Assembly (NCBI GenBank): GCA_035524795.1
Contig: DATKOF010000004.1
Location: 3,607-67,606, forward strand
Direction: 5' to 3'
DNA length: 64,000 nucleotides
Source of the DNA: Burkholderiales bacterium
GTDB taxonomy: Bacteria > Pseudomonadota > Gammaproteobacteria > Burkholderiales > SG8-41
Shown: one piece after another, positions 27,318 through 39,485 of the stretch
How the letters are laid out: every line of letters begins with the position of its first letter
Numbering within the stretch: the first letter of the stretch is position 1
Notes under the pieces: generated by a model
What the model saw: the letters and a program-made list of their open reading frames with translations, nothing else
Told to the model about the DNA's origin: nothing
Database searches by the model: none
Made by a program: the position numbers and the translations under genes

Positions 27318-27855
27318 TCAAACGTTTCCGCTTTGCTCAGCGGCAAACCCTGCAGGTCTTTCGCCGAAAGCAGCGGCCCGGCTTGCAGCGGCCACGGAAT
27401 TTTCAGCTCCGGATCGTTCCACAGGATGCAGCGCTCGAACTGCGGCGCCCAGTAATCGGTGGTCTTGTACTGAAACTCGGCATAGTCGCTGGTGACCAGG
27501 AAGCCGTGCGCGAAGCCGGCAGGAATCCACAGCATGCGCTTGTTGTCCGCGGAAAGAACGACGGACGTCCATTTTCCGAAATCCGGCGAGCTGCGGCGGA
27601 TGTCGACCACCACGTCATAGACCTCGCCGGCGGTTGCGCGCACCAGCTTGCCCTGAGGCTGCTGGATCTGGTAATGCAGCCCGCGCAGCACATTTTTGAC
27701 CGAGCGCGAATGATTGTCCTGCACGAATCGGGGGGCGACGCCGGTTGCCGCGGCGAACGCTTTTTCGTTATAGCTCTCGTAGAAAAAGCCGCGGTCGTCG
27801 CCGAATACCCGCGGCTCGATGATCAGCACCCCGGCCAGTTCCGTGCGGACCACGT

Positions 27856-27859
<4 letters not shown>
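27314..27859 (-). CDS. rfbC: dTDP-4-dehydrorhamnose 3,5-epimerase
   Basis: [16 protein letters not shown], 181 aa. Confidence 0.9.
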
Positions 27860-28730
<871 letters not shown>

Positions 28731-28734
<4 letters not shown>

Positions 28735-29798
28735 GCCGTGGTCCTGTGCGCGTAGTTGATGTCGATCCAGTCGCGGTAGGCGCCGCTCGTCACGTTGTTC
28801 ACCCATTCCGGGTGCTCGGCGTACCAGCGCACGGTGCGGCGCAATCCGTCCTCGAATTTTACCGCGGGCTTCCAGCCGAGCTCGGTCTGTATCTTCGTCG
28901 CATCGATCGCGTAGCGCCGGTCGTGTCCCGGCCGGTCCTTGACGAACGAGATCAGCCGCGAGTGCGGCGCGCCGCGCGGATCGAGTTCGTCGGCAATGCC
29001 GCACACCGCGCCGACGATCTCAAGGTTGGTTTTCTCGGCGCCGCCGCCGATGTTATAGGTGCTGCCGGGGCGCCCTTTTTTCAGCGCCAGCCGTACCGCC
29101 GCGCAATGGTCGCTGACGTGCAGCCAGTCGCGCACGTTGCCGCCGTCGCCGTAAACCGGCAGCGGCTTGCCCTGCAGCGCGTTGAGCGTCATCAGCGGAA
29201 TCAGCTTCTCGGGAAACTGGTACGGCCCGTAATTGTTCGAGCAGTTGGTGATGATGGCAGGCAGGCCATAGGTGTGATGACAGGCGCGCACCAGATGATC
29301 GGAGGCGGCTTTCGATGCCGCATAGGGACTGTTCGGCGCGTACGGCGAACTTTCGGTGAACGGCGCATCGGCGGCGCCGAGCGAACCGTAGACTTCGTCG
29401 GTCGAGACGTGCAGGAAACGGAAGCGCGATTTTTCGGGTTCGCCGAGCGCCGACCACCAGGCGCGCGCCGCTTCGAGCAGGTTGAAGGTGCCGACGACGT
29501 TGGTTTGCACGAATTCGGCCGGGCCGTGGATCGAACGATCGACATGGCTTTCCGCTGCGAAATGCACGATCGCCTGCGGCCGATGGCGTTCGAGCAGCGC
29601 ATCGACCAGCGCGCGGTCGCCGATGTCACCGTGGATGAAAACATGGCGCGCGTCGTCCTTCAGGCTCGCCAGGTTGGCGAGATTGCCCGCGTAAGTGAGT
29701 TTGTCGAGGTTGACGAGTGGAGCGCCTTCGCCGGCGATCCAGTCCAGCACGAAGTTGGAACCGATGAAGCCGGCGCCGCCGGTGACGAATATTTTCAC
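28731..29798 (-). CDS. rfbB: dTDP-glucose 4,6-dehydratase
   Basis: [27 protein letters not shown], 355 aa. Confidence 0.92.
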
Positions 29799-29910
29799 GA
29801 GTCTCTGTTATCGGTGACGCCGGCGCGCTGTCCGCGCCACGGGTTATTCTATGCGCAACCGCATTTTCAGTGTAGGCTTGCGCGGTTTTCCTTCATGTCC
29901 TGCATCCCGG

Positions 29911-30864
29911 ATGCCCAAAGTTCTGCTGGTCAAGACCTCGTCTCTTGGCGATGTCGTCCACATGCTGCCGGCGGTGACCGATATCCAGCGCTGTGTTCCG
30001 GCCGCGGCCGTCGACTGGACGGTTGAGGCCGCGTTTGCACCGGTGGCGCGGATGCATCGGGGTGTCGCGCGCGTGATCGAGGTTGCATTGCGCGAATGGC
30101 GCCGCGGATTCTGGCAGCAATCCCAGCGCAGCGCAATGCGCGCAGCGGCGCACGAATTGCGACACGAAAGTTACGATGCGGTGATCGATGCGCAGGGGCT
30201 GATCAAGAGCGCGCTGGTGGCGCGGCTTGCACATGGGCCGCGCTACGGTCTCGACTGGCACAGCGCGCGCGAACCGCTCGGATTGCTCTATGACAAAACG
30301 TTCCGCGTGCCGTGGACGCTGCACGCGGTCGAGCGCAACCGGCTGCTGGTCGCGCGCGTGCTCGGCTACGCAGTGCCGGCGCAGTTCGATTACGGCATCT
30401 CCGCCGCACCGCGCCGCTTCGGCTGGCTCGATGCCGGTGACTATGCGGTGCTGCTGCACGCGACCAGTGACGAACGCAAGCTGTGGCCGGAGGCAGACTG
30501 GATCGCGCTCGGCGCCCACTTCGGGCGGCGCGGCCTCAGCTGCGTGCTGCCGTCGGGCAGTGCGCGCGAGCGCGAACGCAGCGCACGGCTCGCGCGCGCG
30601 CTTGGCCGCGCAACGGTCGCGCCGGCGCTTGCGCTCGACGAACTCGCCGCGCTGTGCGCTGGCGCGAAAATCGTCGTCGGCGTCGACACCGGACTGACCC
30701 ATCTCGCCGCCGCGCTCGGCGCGCCGACGGTCGGCATCTACGGCGCGACCGATCCGGCGGCGACCGGCATCTACGGCGCGCGGCGCGCGGTCAATCTCGG
30801 CGGCATCGGTGCGCCGCCCACGGCGGACGCGGTGATCGCGGCGGCGGAAAGTTTTTTGCCGTGA
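29911..30864 (+). CDS. waaC: lipopolysaccharide heptosyltransferase I
   Basis: KVLLVKTSSLGDVVHMLPAVTDI and VGVDTGLTHLAAALG (GT9). The ATG at 29911 is preferred. Confidence 0.85.
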   Translation: MPKVLLVKTSSLGDVVHMLPAVTDIQRCVPAAAVDWTVEAAFAPVARMHRGVARVIEVALREWRRGFWQQSQRSAMRAAAHELRHESYDAVIDAQGLIKSALVARLAHGPRYGLDWHSAREPLGLLYDKTFRVPWTLHAVERNRLLVARVLGYAVPAQFDYGISAAPRRFGWLDAGDYAVLLHATSDERKLWPEADWIALGAHFGRRGLSCVLPSGSARERERSARLARALGRATVAPALALDELAALCAGAKIVVGVDTGLTHLAAALGAPTVGIYGATDPAATGIYGARRAVNLGGIGAPPTADAVIAAAESFLP

Positions 30865-32123
30865 TCCGCTCGCGCTGCGTCTATACGCTGCTGCTGTACC
30901 TGCTGCTGCCGCTGCTGCTGTTGCGTCTGCTGTGGCGCGCGCGCCGTCAGCCCGAATATCTTTCGCATATCGCGGAACGGTTCGGGCATTACCGATCCGC
31001 GCCGCCATCGCCGCTGGTCTGGATTCATGCGGTGTCGGTCGGCGAAACGCGCGCCGCCGAGCCGCTGGTGCGTGAATTGCGGCAGCGCCATCCCGGCCAT
31101 CGCATCCTGCTCACGCACATGACGCCGACCGGCCGCGCTGCGGGCATCGCGCTGTTCGGCGCCGATGTCGCGAGCTGCTATCTGCCATATGACTTTCCGT
31201 TTGCAATCGCGCGCTTCCTCGATCATTTCAGGCCGGCCGCCGGCATCCTGATTGAAACCGAGATCTGGCCGAACCTGGTGCACGCGTGCCGCGCGCGCGG
31301 CGTGCCGCTGTATCTGGTCAACGCACGGCTGTCGGAAAAATCGTCCGCCGGCTATCGCCGCTTCGCGCCGCTGGTCGCGGAAAGTCTGCGCGAATTCGCC
31401 GCGATCGCCGCGCAGAGCGACGCCGACGCAGCGCGGCTGACCGCGCTCGGCGCTGTCGGCGTCAAGGTGACCGGCAGCATCAAGTTCGACATCGTGCCGC
31501 CGCCGGAGCTGGTCGCGCGCGGCACGCGCTGGCGCGAGCAGTGGGGGATGAATCATGGCCAGACGCGGCCGGTGCTGCTCGCCGCGAGCACGCGCGAGGG
31601 CGAGGAAGCGTTGCTGCTCGACGCGCTGCGCGGCGTCGATATTCCCGATCTGCTGCTGATCGTGGTGCCGCGTCACCCGCAGCGCTTCGACGAAATCGCG
31701 GCATTGCTCGAACGCGCCGGCCTCAAGTATCAGCGCCGCAGCGCCGACGTCGCGCTGGCGCCTGACACGCGTGTGGTGCTCGGCGACAGCATGGGCGAGA
31801 TGTTCGCCTATTACGCGGCGTGCGATGCCGCTTTCGTCGGTGGCAGCCTGCTGCCGTTCGGTGGCCAGAACCTGATCGAGGCGTGCGCGGTCGGCTGTCC
31901 GGTGATCGTTGGGCCGCACACCCATAATTTTGCCGAAGCCACGCGGCTCGCGGTCGCCGCCGGTGCTGCGCTGCAGGCCGGCGACGCGGCGCAGGTTGCG
32001 AAGTTCGTGCGTGAACTGCTCGCCGACCGCGCGCGGCTGCGGCAGATGGCGCACGCCGCGCTCGACTTCGCGCGCAATCACCGCGGCGCGACCGCGCGCG
32101 TGCTCGAGCTGATCAGGTGGTGA
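30861..32123 (+). CDS. waaA: 3-deoxy-D-manno-octulosonic acid (Kdo) transferase
   Basis: N-terminal TM segment then WIHAVSVGETRAAEPLV. The GTG at 30861 overlaps the waaC stop. The 546-aa track ORF start lies inside waaC. Confidence 0.85.
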   Translation: MIRSRCVYTLLLYLLLPLLLLRLLWRARRQPEYLSHIAERFGHYRSAPPSPLVWIHAVSVGETRAAEPLVRELRQRHPGHRILLTHMTPTGRAAGIALFGADVASCYLPYDFPFAIARFLDHFRPAAGILIETEIWPNLVHACRARGVPLYLVNARLSEKSSAGYRRFAPLVAESLREFAAIAAQSDADAARLTALGAVGVKVTGSIKFDIVPPPELVARGTRWREQWGMNHGQTRPVLLAASTREGEEALLLDALRGVDIPDLLLIVVPRHPQRFDEIAALLERAGLKYQRRSADVALAPDTRVVLGDSMGEMFAYYAACDAAFVGGSLLPFGGQNLIEACAVGCPVIVGPHTHNFAEATRLAVAAGAALQAGDAAQVAKFVRELLADRARLRQMAHAALDFARNHRGATARVLELIRW

Positions 32124-32706
32124 GCGGCGCGCGCTGCGCGGTCTGTTCGGTGACCACCCAGTCGACGCGGCGGTCGTGGGGTTCGACCGGTATCTGCTCG
32201 CGGACCTGCAGCGCGAACGCGGCGGCGACCGAGGTTGCCCGATCCAGCGATTCGAGCAGGCGGTCGTAATAGCCGCCGCCATAGCCGAGCCGTTCGCCAC
32301 GCGGCGTGAACGCAAGGCCGGGCGTCAGCACGAAATCGATCTCGCCCAGCCCGGCGCGTGCGCAGGCGGGAAGCGGCTCGCGGACGCCGAACGCGCCCGG
32401 CGCAGTGTCGTGCTCGACATCGTGCACGTAATGGATTTCCAGCGCATTGCGGTCGCGGTTGAGGCGCGGCAGGCACAGCCGCTTGCCGTGCGCCAGCGCG
32501 GCGGCGACCAGCGGCGCGGTGTCGAATTCGCTGCCGAATGACAGGTAGAGCAGCACGCCGCCGGCGGCATGCCAGGCGTCGAGCTCCAGCACACGCGCGC
32601 TGATGCGCGCGCCGAGCGCGCGGCGCGCCGCGGCCGGCAGCGCGTCGCGCGCCGCGCGGATTTCCGCGCGCAGCATCGCTTTCGGATCAGTCGGTGGTGC
32701 AGCCAT
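32113..32706 (-). CDS. 5-formyltetrahydrofolate cyclo-ligase
   Basis: LLYLSFGSEFDT and GYGGGYYDR. Confidence 0.8.
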   Translation of the reverse strand: MAAPPTDPKAMLRAEIRAARDALPAAARRALGARISARVLELDAWHAAGGVLLYLSFGSEFDTAPLVAAALAHGKRLCLPRLNRDRNALEIHYVHDVEHDTAPGAFGVREPLPACARAGLGEIDFVLTPGLAFTPRGERLGYGGGYYDRLLESLDRATSVAAAFALQVREQIPVEPHDRRVDWVVTEQTAQRAPLTT

Positions 32707-32733
32707 CGGTCGACGCTGACGGCCGGCGCAGGA

Positions 32734-33060
32734 TCAGTAACGCGGCATCGCCGGTTCGACCTGTTCGGCCCAAGCCGCGACGCCACCGCTCAGGTTGTAG
32801 GTCTGCGCGAAGCCGGCGCTGTCCAGAAAATGCGCGGCCTGCTGGCTGCGCACGCCGTGGTGGCAGATGACGACGATCGCGCGGTCGCGCGGCAGTTCAT
32901 CGCAGCGCTGCGCCAGTTTTCCGAGCGGCAGCAGCTGCGAGTCACCGATGCGGCAACGTTCGTATTCCCATGGTTCGCGCACGTCGAGCAGCAGCGGCGG
33001 CGGGCGGGACGTGTCGTGCAGCCAGTCGCGCAGCGCGAGCGGCGACAGTTGGCCGATCAA
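32734..33060 (-). CDS. rhodanese-domain sulfurtransferase (single domain)
   Basis: LLLDVREPWEY and active-site loop CHHGVRS. Confidence 0.8.
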   Translation of the reverse strand: MIGQLSPLALRDWLHDTSRPPPLLLDVREPWEYERCRIGDSQLLPLGKLAQRCDELPRDRAIVVICHHGVRSQQAAHFLDSAGFAQTYNLSGGVAAWAEQVEPAMPRY

Positions 33061-33734
33061 AATACGAATCTTTCGGGTTGCGGCGCGTTCCTGAGCGGCG
33101 GGATGCAGGTCTCGAACAGCGTGAGCGCGCTGCAGGCGCCGGGCGCCGCGCAGGTCACGAGGCGCGCTTCCATCGCCGGCGCTTCGCCAACCACCGCCAG
33201 CAGGCGCCCGCCCGCCGCGAGGCTTTGCTGAAATGCGTCGGGCAGCAGCGGCACCGAACCGGTCAGCACGATCACGTCGTACGGGGCGTGCGCCGGCCAG
33301 CCGCGCGCGGCGTCGCCGGTTTCCAGCGTCACATTGCTGATGCCGTGCGCGGCAAGCCGCTGCGCCACGGTGGCGCTGAATGCGGGCACGATTTCCACGC
33401 TGCAGACGTGGGCGCCGAGTTTGGCCAGCAGCGCCGTCATGTAGCCGCTGCCGGTGCCGACCTCGAGGATGCGGTCGGTCGGCTTGATCGCAAGCGCCTG
33501 CAGCATCCGCGCTTCGATCTTGGGCGCGAGCATCCGCGCGTCGGCTTCTGCGTGCTCAGCGAGCGGGATTTCCATGTCGGCAAACGCGAGGTCACAATAC
33601 TGCGGCGGGACGAAGTCCTCGCGCTTGACCTCGAACAGCAGATCAAGCACTCGCGGGTCGAGCACGTCCCACGGACGAATCTGCTGCTCGATCATGTTGA
33701 AGCGCGCGCGTTCGACGTCGGTCTGGGCGTTCAT
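33057..33734 (-). CDS. protein-L-isoaspartate O-methyltransferase family protein
   Basis: ILEVGTGSGYMTALLAKLG. The ATG at 33734 (MNAQTDVERARFNMIEQQIRPW) is preferred over 33782. Confidence 0.75.
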   Translation of the reverse strand: MNAQTDVERARFNMIEQQIRPWDVLDPRVLDLLFEVKREDFVPPQYCDLAFADMEIPLAEHAEADARMLAPKIEARMLQALAIKPTDRILEVGTGSGYMTALLAKLGAHVCSVEIVPAFSATVAQRLAAHGISNVTLETGDAARGWPAHAPYDVIVLTGSVPLLPDAFQQSLAAGGRLLAVVGEAPAMEARLVTCAAPGACSALTLFETCIPPLRNAPQPERFVF

Positions 33735-33803
33735 ATCTGTCGGGAATGAAAAACCGCGGCGGTGCGGAATCGAGGGCTGCAATTATGGCATAATAAAAAA
33801 ATA

Positions 33804-35809
<2,006 letters not shown>

Positions 35810-35825
35810 GTCAACGCGGGGCGGA

Positions 35826-36875
35826 TTATTTCAGGCTGTACCAAGCGCCCCGTCTGCGGCCATGCGGTGCCAGATGACTGCGTTCGACCAGGTCGCGAAA
35901 ATGCTGTTTCAATGTATTGCGGTTACTGCCCGTCAGCTTGATGGCATCCGCCATCGTGATGCGTCCATGGTCACGGGCGAACTCAATGATCTGCAACGAC
36001 AGCGCCGGCAGTGCCGCCAGCACGATTTTCTCACGCTCCATCTTTTTCGTCAGGCGTGCCGCCTGCTCCGCCAATGAACGCAGGAAGAACAGCAGCCAGG
36101 GCTGCCAATCCGGCGCGTCGCCGTAAATCGTGCCTTGCGTTTGCCGCAGCGCCAGATAATAGGCTTCCTTGTTTACTTCGATGATGCTTTCGAGTGAGCT
36201 ATACGGGACATAAGCATAGCCTGCCTGCAACAACAGCAAGGTCGTCAATGCGCGGCTCAATCGTCCGTTGCCATCCTGAAACGGATGAATGGCGAGGAAC
36301 ACCACGATGAAAATGGCGATGACGAGTAACGGGTGCAGATGCGCCTTGTCGCGCGCTTCGTTCGTCCAGCTGATCAACCCGGTCATCAGGCGCGGTGTGT
36401 CGAAAGGCGTTGCCGTCTCGAACACCACGCCGATCTGTGCGCCGTTTTCATCGAAAGCCGCGACATGGTTGGGGTGGGTCTTGTAGCCGCCGCGATGTCG
36501 TTCGTCCTTGCTGCTGTGCTTCAGCAATATCTGATGCAATTGCCTGAGATGGTTTTCGTCGAGCGGGATGTCCTGCCAGGATTCGAATACCGACTCCATC
36601 AATTCGGCATAACCCGCCACCTCCTGCTCATCGCGCGTCTCGAACTTCCTGATCGCAAGGTTGGACAGCAGGCGCTCGACCTCGCGGTCGGAAAGCTTGC
36701 TCCCCTCAATACGTGTGGAAGACCCAATGCTCTCGATGGTGGCAACGCGCCGCAGCGCGGACAGGCGATCCGGCGCAAGTGTGCCCAGCGCCCGCCAGGC
36801 ACCCTTGAACTCATCAATTTTAGAAACAAAACCAAGGACTTCTGGCGTTATCTGCAGGGTGTCGATTCGTAACAT
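35826..36875 (-). CDS. Fic-family protein (class II: N-terminal inhibitory motif, canonical active site, C-terminal wHTH-like tail)
   Basis: Active site HPFQDGNGRLSR. Upstream STRIEG matches the [ST]xxxE[GN] inhibitory motif. The ATG at 36875 (MLRIDTLQ...) is preferred over the GTG at 36890. Confidence 0.85.
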   Translation of the reverse strand: MLRIDTLQITPEVLGFVSKIDEFKGAWRALGTLAPDRLSALRRVATIESIGSSTRIEGSKLSDREVERLLSNLAIRKFETRDEQEVAGYAELMESVFESWQDIPLDENHLRQLHQILLKHSSKDERHRGGYKTHPNHVAAFDENGAQIGVVFETATPFDTPRLMTGLISWTNEARDKAHLHPLLVIAIFIVVFLAIHPFQDGNGRLSRALTTLLLLQAGYAYVPYSSLESIIEVNKEAYYLALRQTQGTIYGDAPDWQPWLLFFLRSLAEQAARLTKKMEREKIVLAALPALSLQIIEFARDHGRITMADAIKLTGSNRNTLKQHFRDLVERSHLAPHGRRRGAWYSLK

Positions 36876-36887
36876 GAACCAATAATA

Positions 36888-36929
36888 CACCCATTTACAC
36901 CCAATTCAAGTAATGGGTGTAAATGGGTG
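36888..36929. repeat. perfect 15-bp inverted repeat (CACCCATTTACACCC N12 GGGTGTAAATGGGTG) just upstream of the Fic start
   Basis: Arms at 36888-36902 and 36915-36929 are exact reverse complements. No flanking T-run. Confidence 0.7.
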
Positions 36930-37074
36930 AAGTAATGCTTCTGGCGCGTAACGCATTGGTTCGTGGGACTCACTCAGTCAGAAGACTGTTGTGCCTGCGC
37001 CGTCCCGTCCCGCGTGGTGGATGGAGTTACCGGCCAGCCTTGCCGCCACTCAATTAAATGCTGGCGCAGACCAA

Positions 37075-37191
37075 GTGCGCGACTTCGCCCCGGGCCAAGG
37101 CGTCTCCGAACAGGAAGCGCTGCAGAAGGGGATGGAAGTTAAAGCGGTGGAGTTCGTGCAGCAGGGGGCGGAGGTTTATCGTAAGGCGTAG
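37075..37191 (+). pseudogene. orphan duplicate of the thiC 3' end (last ~38 codons plus stop)
   Basis: Aligns gaplessly with 35693-35809. It encodes ...[38 protein letters not shown] versus thiC ...[38 protein letters not shown]. No upstream thiC body. Confidence 0.8.
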
Positions 37192-37570
37192 TTATGGCAA
37201 CCTTATGAGCCATTGCACGCTCAAGTTTCCGCATTTGCCGTTTTAGCCCCAATGGCGTGAGGGAACGAAGGTTATGCGGGACGCGGAATTCGACCATTAG
37301 CCAGTTATGCGGCTTTTGGGTTACTAAATAGCATATCCGATTCACATAGTGAACCCCCGTTGTGATCCACTGGTTTGCATCGTCTCCAGAATCGATAACC
37401 GTCCAGACATGATTGATGTCGAGACTACGCACAAGCTCAAAATCCTTTCCGAACGTTTCCAGTCCAAGCCCACCCCAAATATTGTGATGTGACTGCGGAT
37501 GGCTATACGGTAGAAAGAAGGCGTCGAACGCGTCTTCATGGAGAATTAGTGGCATGAGTCGGGCGCTCAT
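37139..37570 (-). CDS. hypothetical protein (143 aa), translationally coupled to the upstream HNH gene
   Basis: Start overlaps the HNH stop (ATGA at 37567-37570). No family recognised. The last ~17 codons are read antisense through the thiC remnant. Confidence 0.5.
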   Translation of the reverse strand: MSARLMPLILHEDAFDAFFLPYSHPQSHHNIWGGLGLETFGKDFELVRSLDINHVWTVIDSGDDANQWITTGVHYVNRICYLVTQKPHNWLMVEFRVPHNLRSLTPLGLKRQMRKLERAMAHKVAITTPYDKPPPPAARTPPL

Positions 37571-38346
37571 TTCTTTTGATTGTCAACAAAAAGATCAGCT
37601 CTATGGCGTGACAGAAATTCGGCGCTTGGTGCGAAACGGTCTGGCAACTCAATGGGTTTCCCGTCCAGCGCCACTAAAATCTTTTTCACGAAAGGATCGG
37701 CGAGCCGTTTTAACTCTCGCGACACAATGATTTTGAAATCTTCCGTGATTGTAATAAGCCCCTTATCGAAGGCTTTGTCATGAATTGCCGAAAGGCAAAG
37801 CCCGTTGCTTGGGTTCAAGCGATTCGCTTTATCTTTGCTCCATGGCACGATATGGCTAGCAACCAGCAAGCGTGGTTCCGACAGACCAGACATGCAGCAG
37901 CGCCCACGATAGCTGCTTAACACAGCACGACGGAAGAAGGTTTGCTTGATGCGTTGTTCGGCAATCACCTTCTTCGTTTCGCCTGTGTAGTCTTCCGGCA
38001 CAAGCTGTTCGTCGGCTTCGTCAATCGCCGGAGCGTTGGCGTCAAGCTTGCGTCTCAATGATTCGCACTCCACGGCAAGTTTTTCCCAGTTCGCATGAAA
38101 CTCAGCCCACACTTCCTTGTCGAGCGCCCCCGCGTTGCCTAAGCCTGAGCGACCTGTGCTGGTGATCGCGGGATCGAGGCTGGCAAAATTGACCAACTTC
38201 ATCGCTACCGCATCGGGGGTGCGGCCGATGAGGTGTGCGAGCCGTTTAATTTCTGGATTACGGCTGTGCAGTTTGCCGAAAGGCAGTTGACAATAAAGGT
38301 GAAACGCCAGCTTGAGTTGATCCTTCGTCCAGCGATTTATGGCCAT
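37567..38346 (-). CDS. HNH nuclease (HNH_2 / predicted restriction endonuclease type)
   Basis: QTFFRRAVLSSYRGRCCMSG...ASHIVPWS...NPSNGLCLSAIHDKAFDKGLITI fits the HNH_2 pattern. Lower GC than flanks. Confidence 0.75.
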   Translation of the reverse strand: MAINRWTKDQLKLAFHLYCQLPFGKLHSRNPEIKRLAHLIGRTPDAVAMKLVNFASLDPAITSTGRSGLGNAGALDKEVWAEFHANWEKLAVECESLRRKLDANAPAIDEADEQLVPEDYTGETKKVIAEQRIKQTFFRRAVLSSYRGRCCMSGLSEPRLLVASHIVPWSKDKANRLNPSNGLCLSAIHDKAFDKGLITITEDFKIIVSRELKRLADPFVKKILVALDGKPIELPDRFAPSAEFLSRHRADLFVDNQKK

Positions 38347-38647
38347 GATGTCCTCCGCGATTCGATCCGTTACGCGGTCGAATCTCTCCCTATCCGAAGT
38401 GCTGGCATCAGTTTATCCTGGTATTCCTGCGGTTTTGCAACTATCGTTTCGCTCGGCGAAATCGCCAGGAATTTTCACGGGCAACCCGCCTTTTTTCCCA
38501 GCCGCCGCTTTGCCCGTCGTTGTAAACTGCTGCTTTCAATTCGCCGCCTGCCGTATCGTTCTTGCTTGGGACAACGAAAGACAAATCCGTAAGGCAGCAG
38601 GGCATTCCGGCCAAAAGATATAATCCGGCCACTTTTCCGGATCCCAC

Positions 38648-39469
38648 ATGGATATTCTGCTGATCATCAAGGCTGTAATCCTTGGCATCGTCGAGGGGCT
38701 GACTGAATTCCTGCCGATTTCGAGCACCGGCCATTTGATTCTGGCCGGCGACCTGCTCGACTTCAACGACGAGAAGGGCAAGGTGTTCGAGATCGTGATC
38801 CAGTTCGCGGCGATTCTCGCGGTGTGCTGGGAGTACCGCGCGAAGATCATCGCGGTGGCCAGTGGTGTCACGCGCGACCGGTCGGCGCGGCGTTTCGTTA
38901 TGAATTTGTTGATCGCTTTTCTGCCGGCCGCGGTGCTGGGACTGCTGTTCGCTTCCGCGATCAAGGAGCATCTGTTTGCGCCGGTGCCGGTGGCGATGGC
39001 TTTCATCGCGGGCGCGTTCGTCATCCTGTGGGCGGAGAAGCGGGAGCACAAAATCACGGTGCAGTCGGTGGACGACATGGACTGGAAGGACGCACTGAAG
39101 GTCGGCTGCGCGCAGGTGCTGGCCTTGATTCCGGGAACTTCACGTTCCGGGGCCACCATCATCGGCGGCCTGCTGTTCGGACTGTCGCGCAAGGCGGCGA
39201 TGGAGTTTTCCTTTTTCCTCGCCATTCCCACGCTGTTCGGCGCGACCGTGTACGAGGTGGTCAAGTACCGCGCACTGTTCCGCGCCGAAGACTGGAGTCT
39301 GTTCGCGGCCGGCGGCGTCGCTTCCTTCGTCAGCGCTTTTCTGTGCGTGCGCTGGCTGCTGCGCTACATCAGCCACCACGATTTCACGGTGTTCGCGTGG
39401 TACCGGATCGCGTTCGGCGTCGTGGTGCTGGTCACCGCGTATACCGGCATCGTCAACTGGACGCATTGA
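38648..39469 (+). CDS. uppP: undecaprenyl-diphosphate phosphatase
   Basis: [14 protein letters not shown] and [10 protein letters not shown] motifs, 273 aa. Confidence 0.92.
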   Translation: MDILLIIKAVILGIVEGLTEFLPISSTGHLILAGDLLDFNDEKGKVFEIVIQFAAILAVCWEYRAKIIAVASGVTRDRSARRFVMNLLIAFLPAAVLGLLFASAIKEHLFAPVPVAMAFIAGAFVILWAEKREHKITVQSVDDMDWKDALKVGCAQVLALIPGTSRSGATIIGGLLFGLSRKAAMEFSFFLAIPTLFGATVYEVVKYRALFRAEDWSLFAAGGVASFVSAFLCVRWLLRYISHHDFTVFAWYRIAFGVVVLVTAYTGIVNWTH

Positions 39470-39485
39470 TGCCGCGCCGCGCGCG

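Noticed and set aside
32707-33060. Looked for a 6S RNA (ssrS), which in many proteobacteria sits immediately upstream of the 5-formyltetrahydrofolate cyclo-ligase gene
   Set aside because: Only a 27-nt gap precedes the cyclo-ligase gene, and the upstream sequence is a well-supported rhodanese CDS. There is no room for a ~180-nt RNA.
38347-38647. 300-bp unassigned spacer between the HNH gene and uppP, examined for a tRNA, an att site or a small RNA
   Set aside because: No cloverleaf-like or T-loop (GGTTCGAATCC-type) sequence, no repeat matching the thiC duplicate, and no terminator. It likely holds promoter regions and the islet boundary, but nothing callable.
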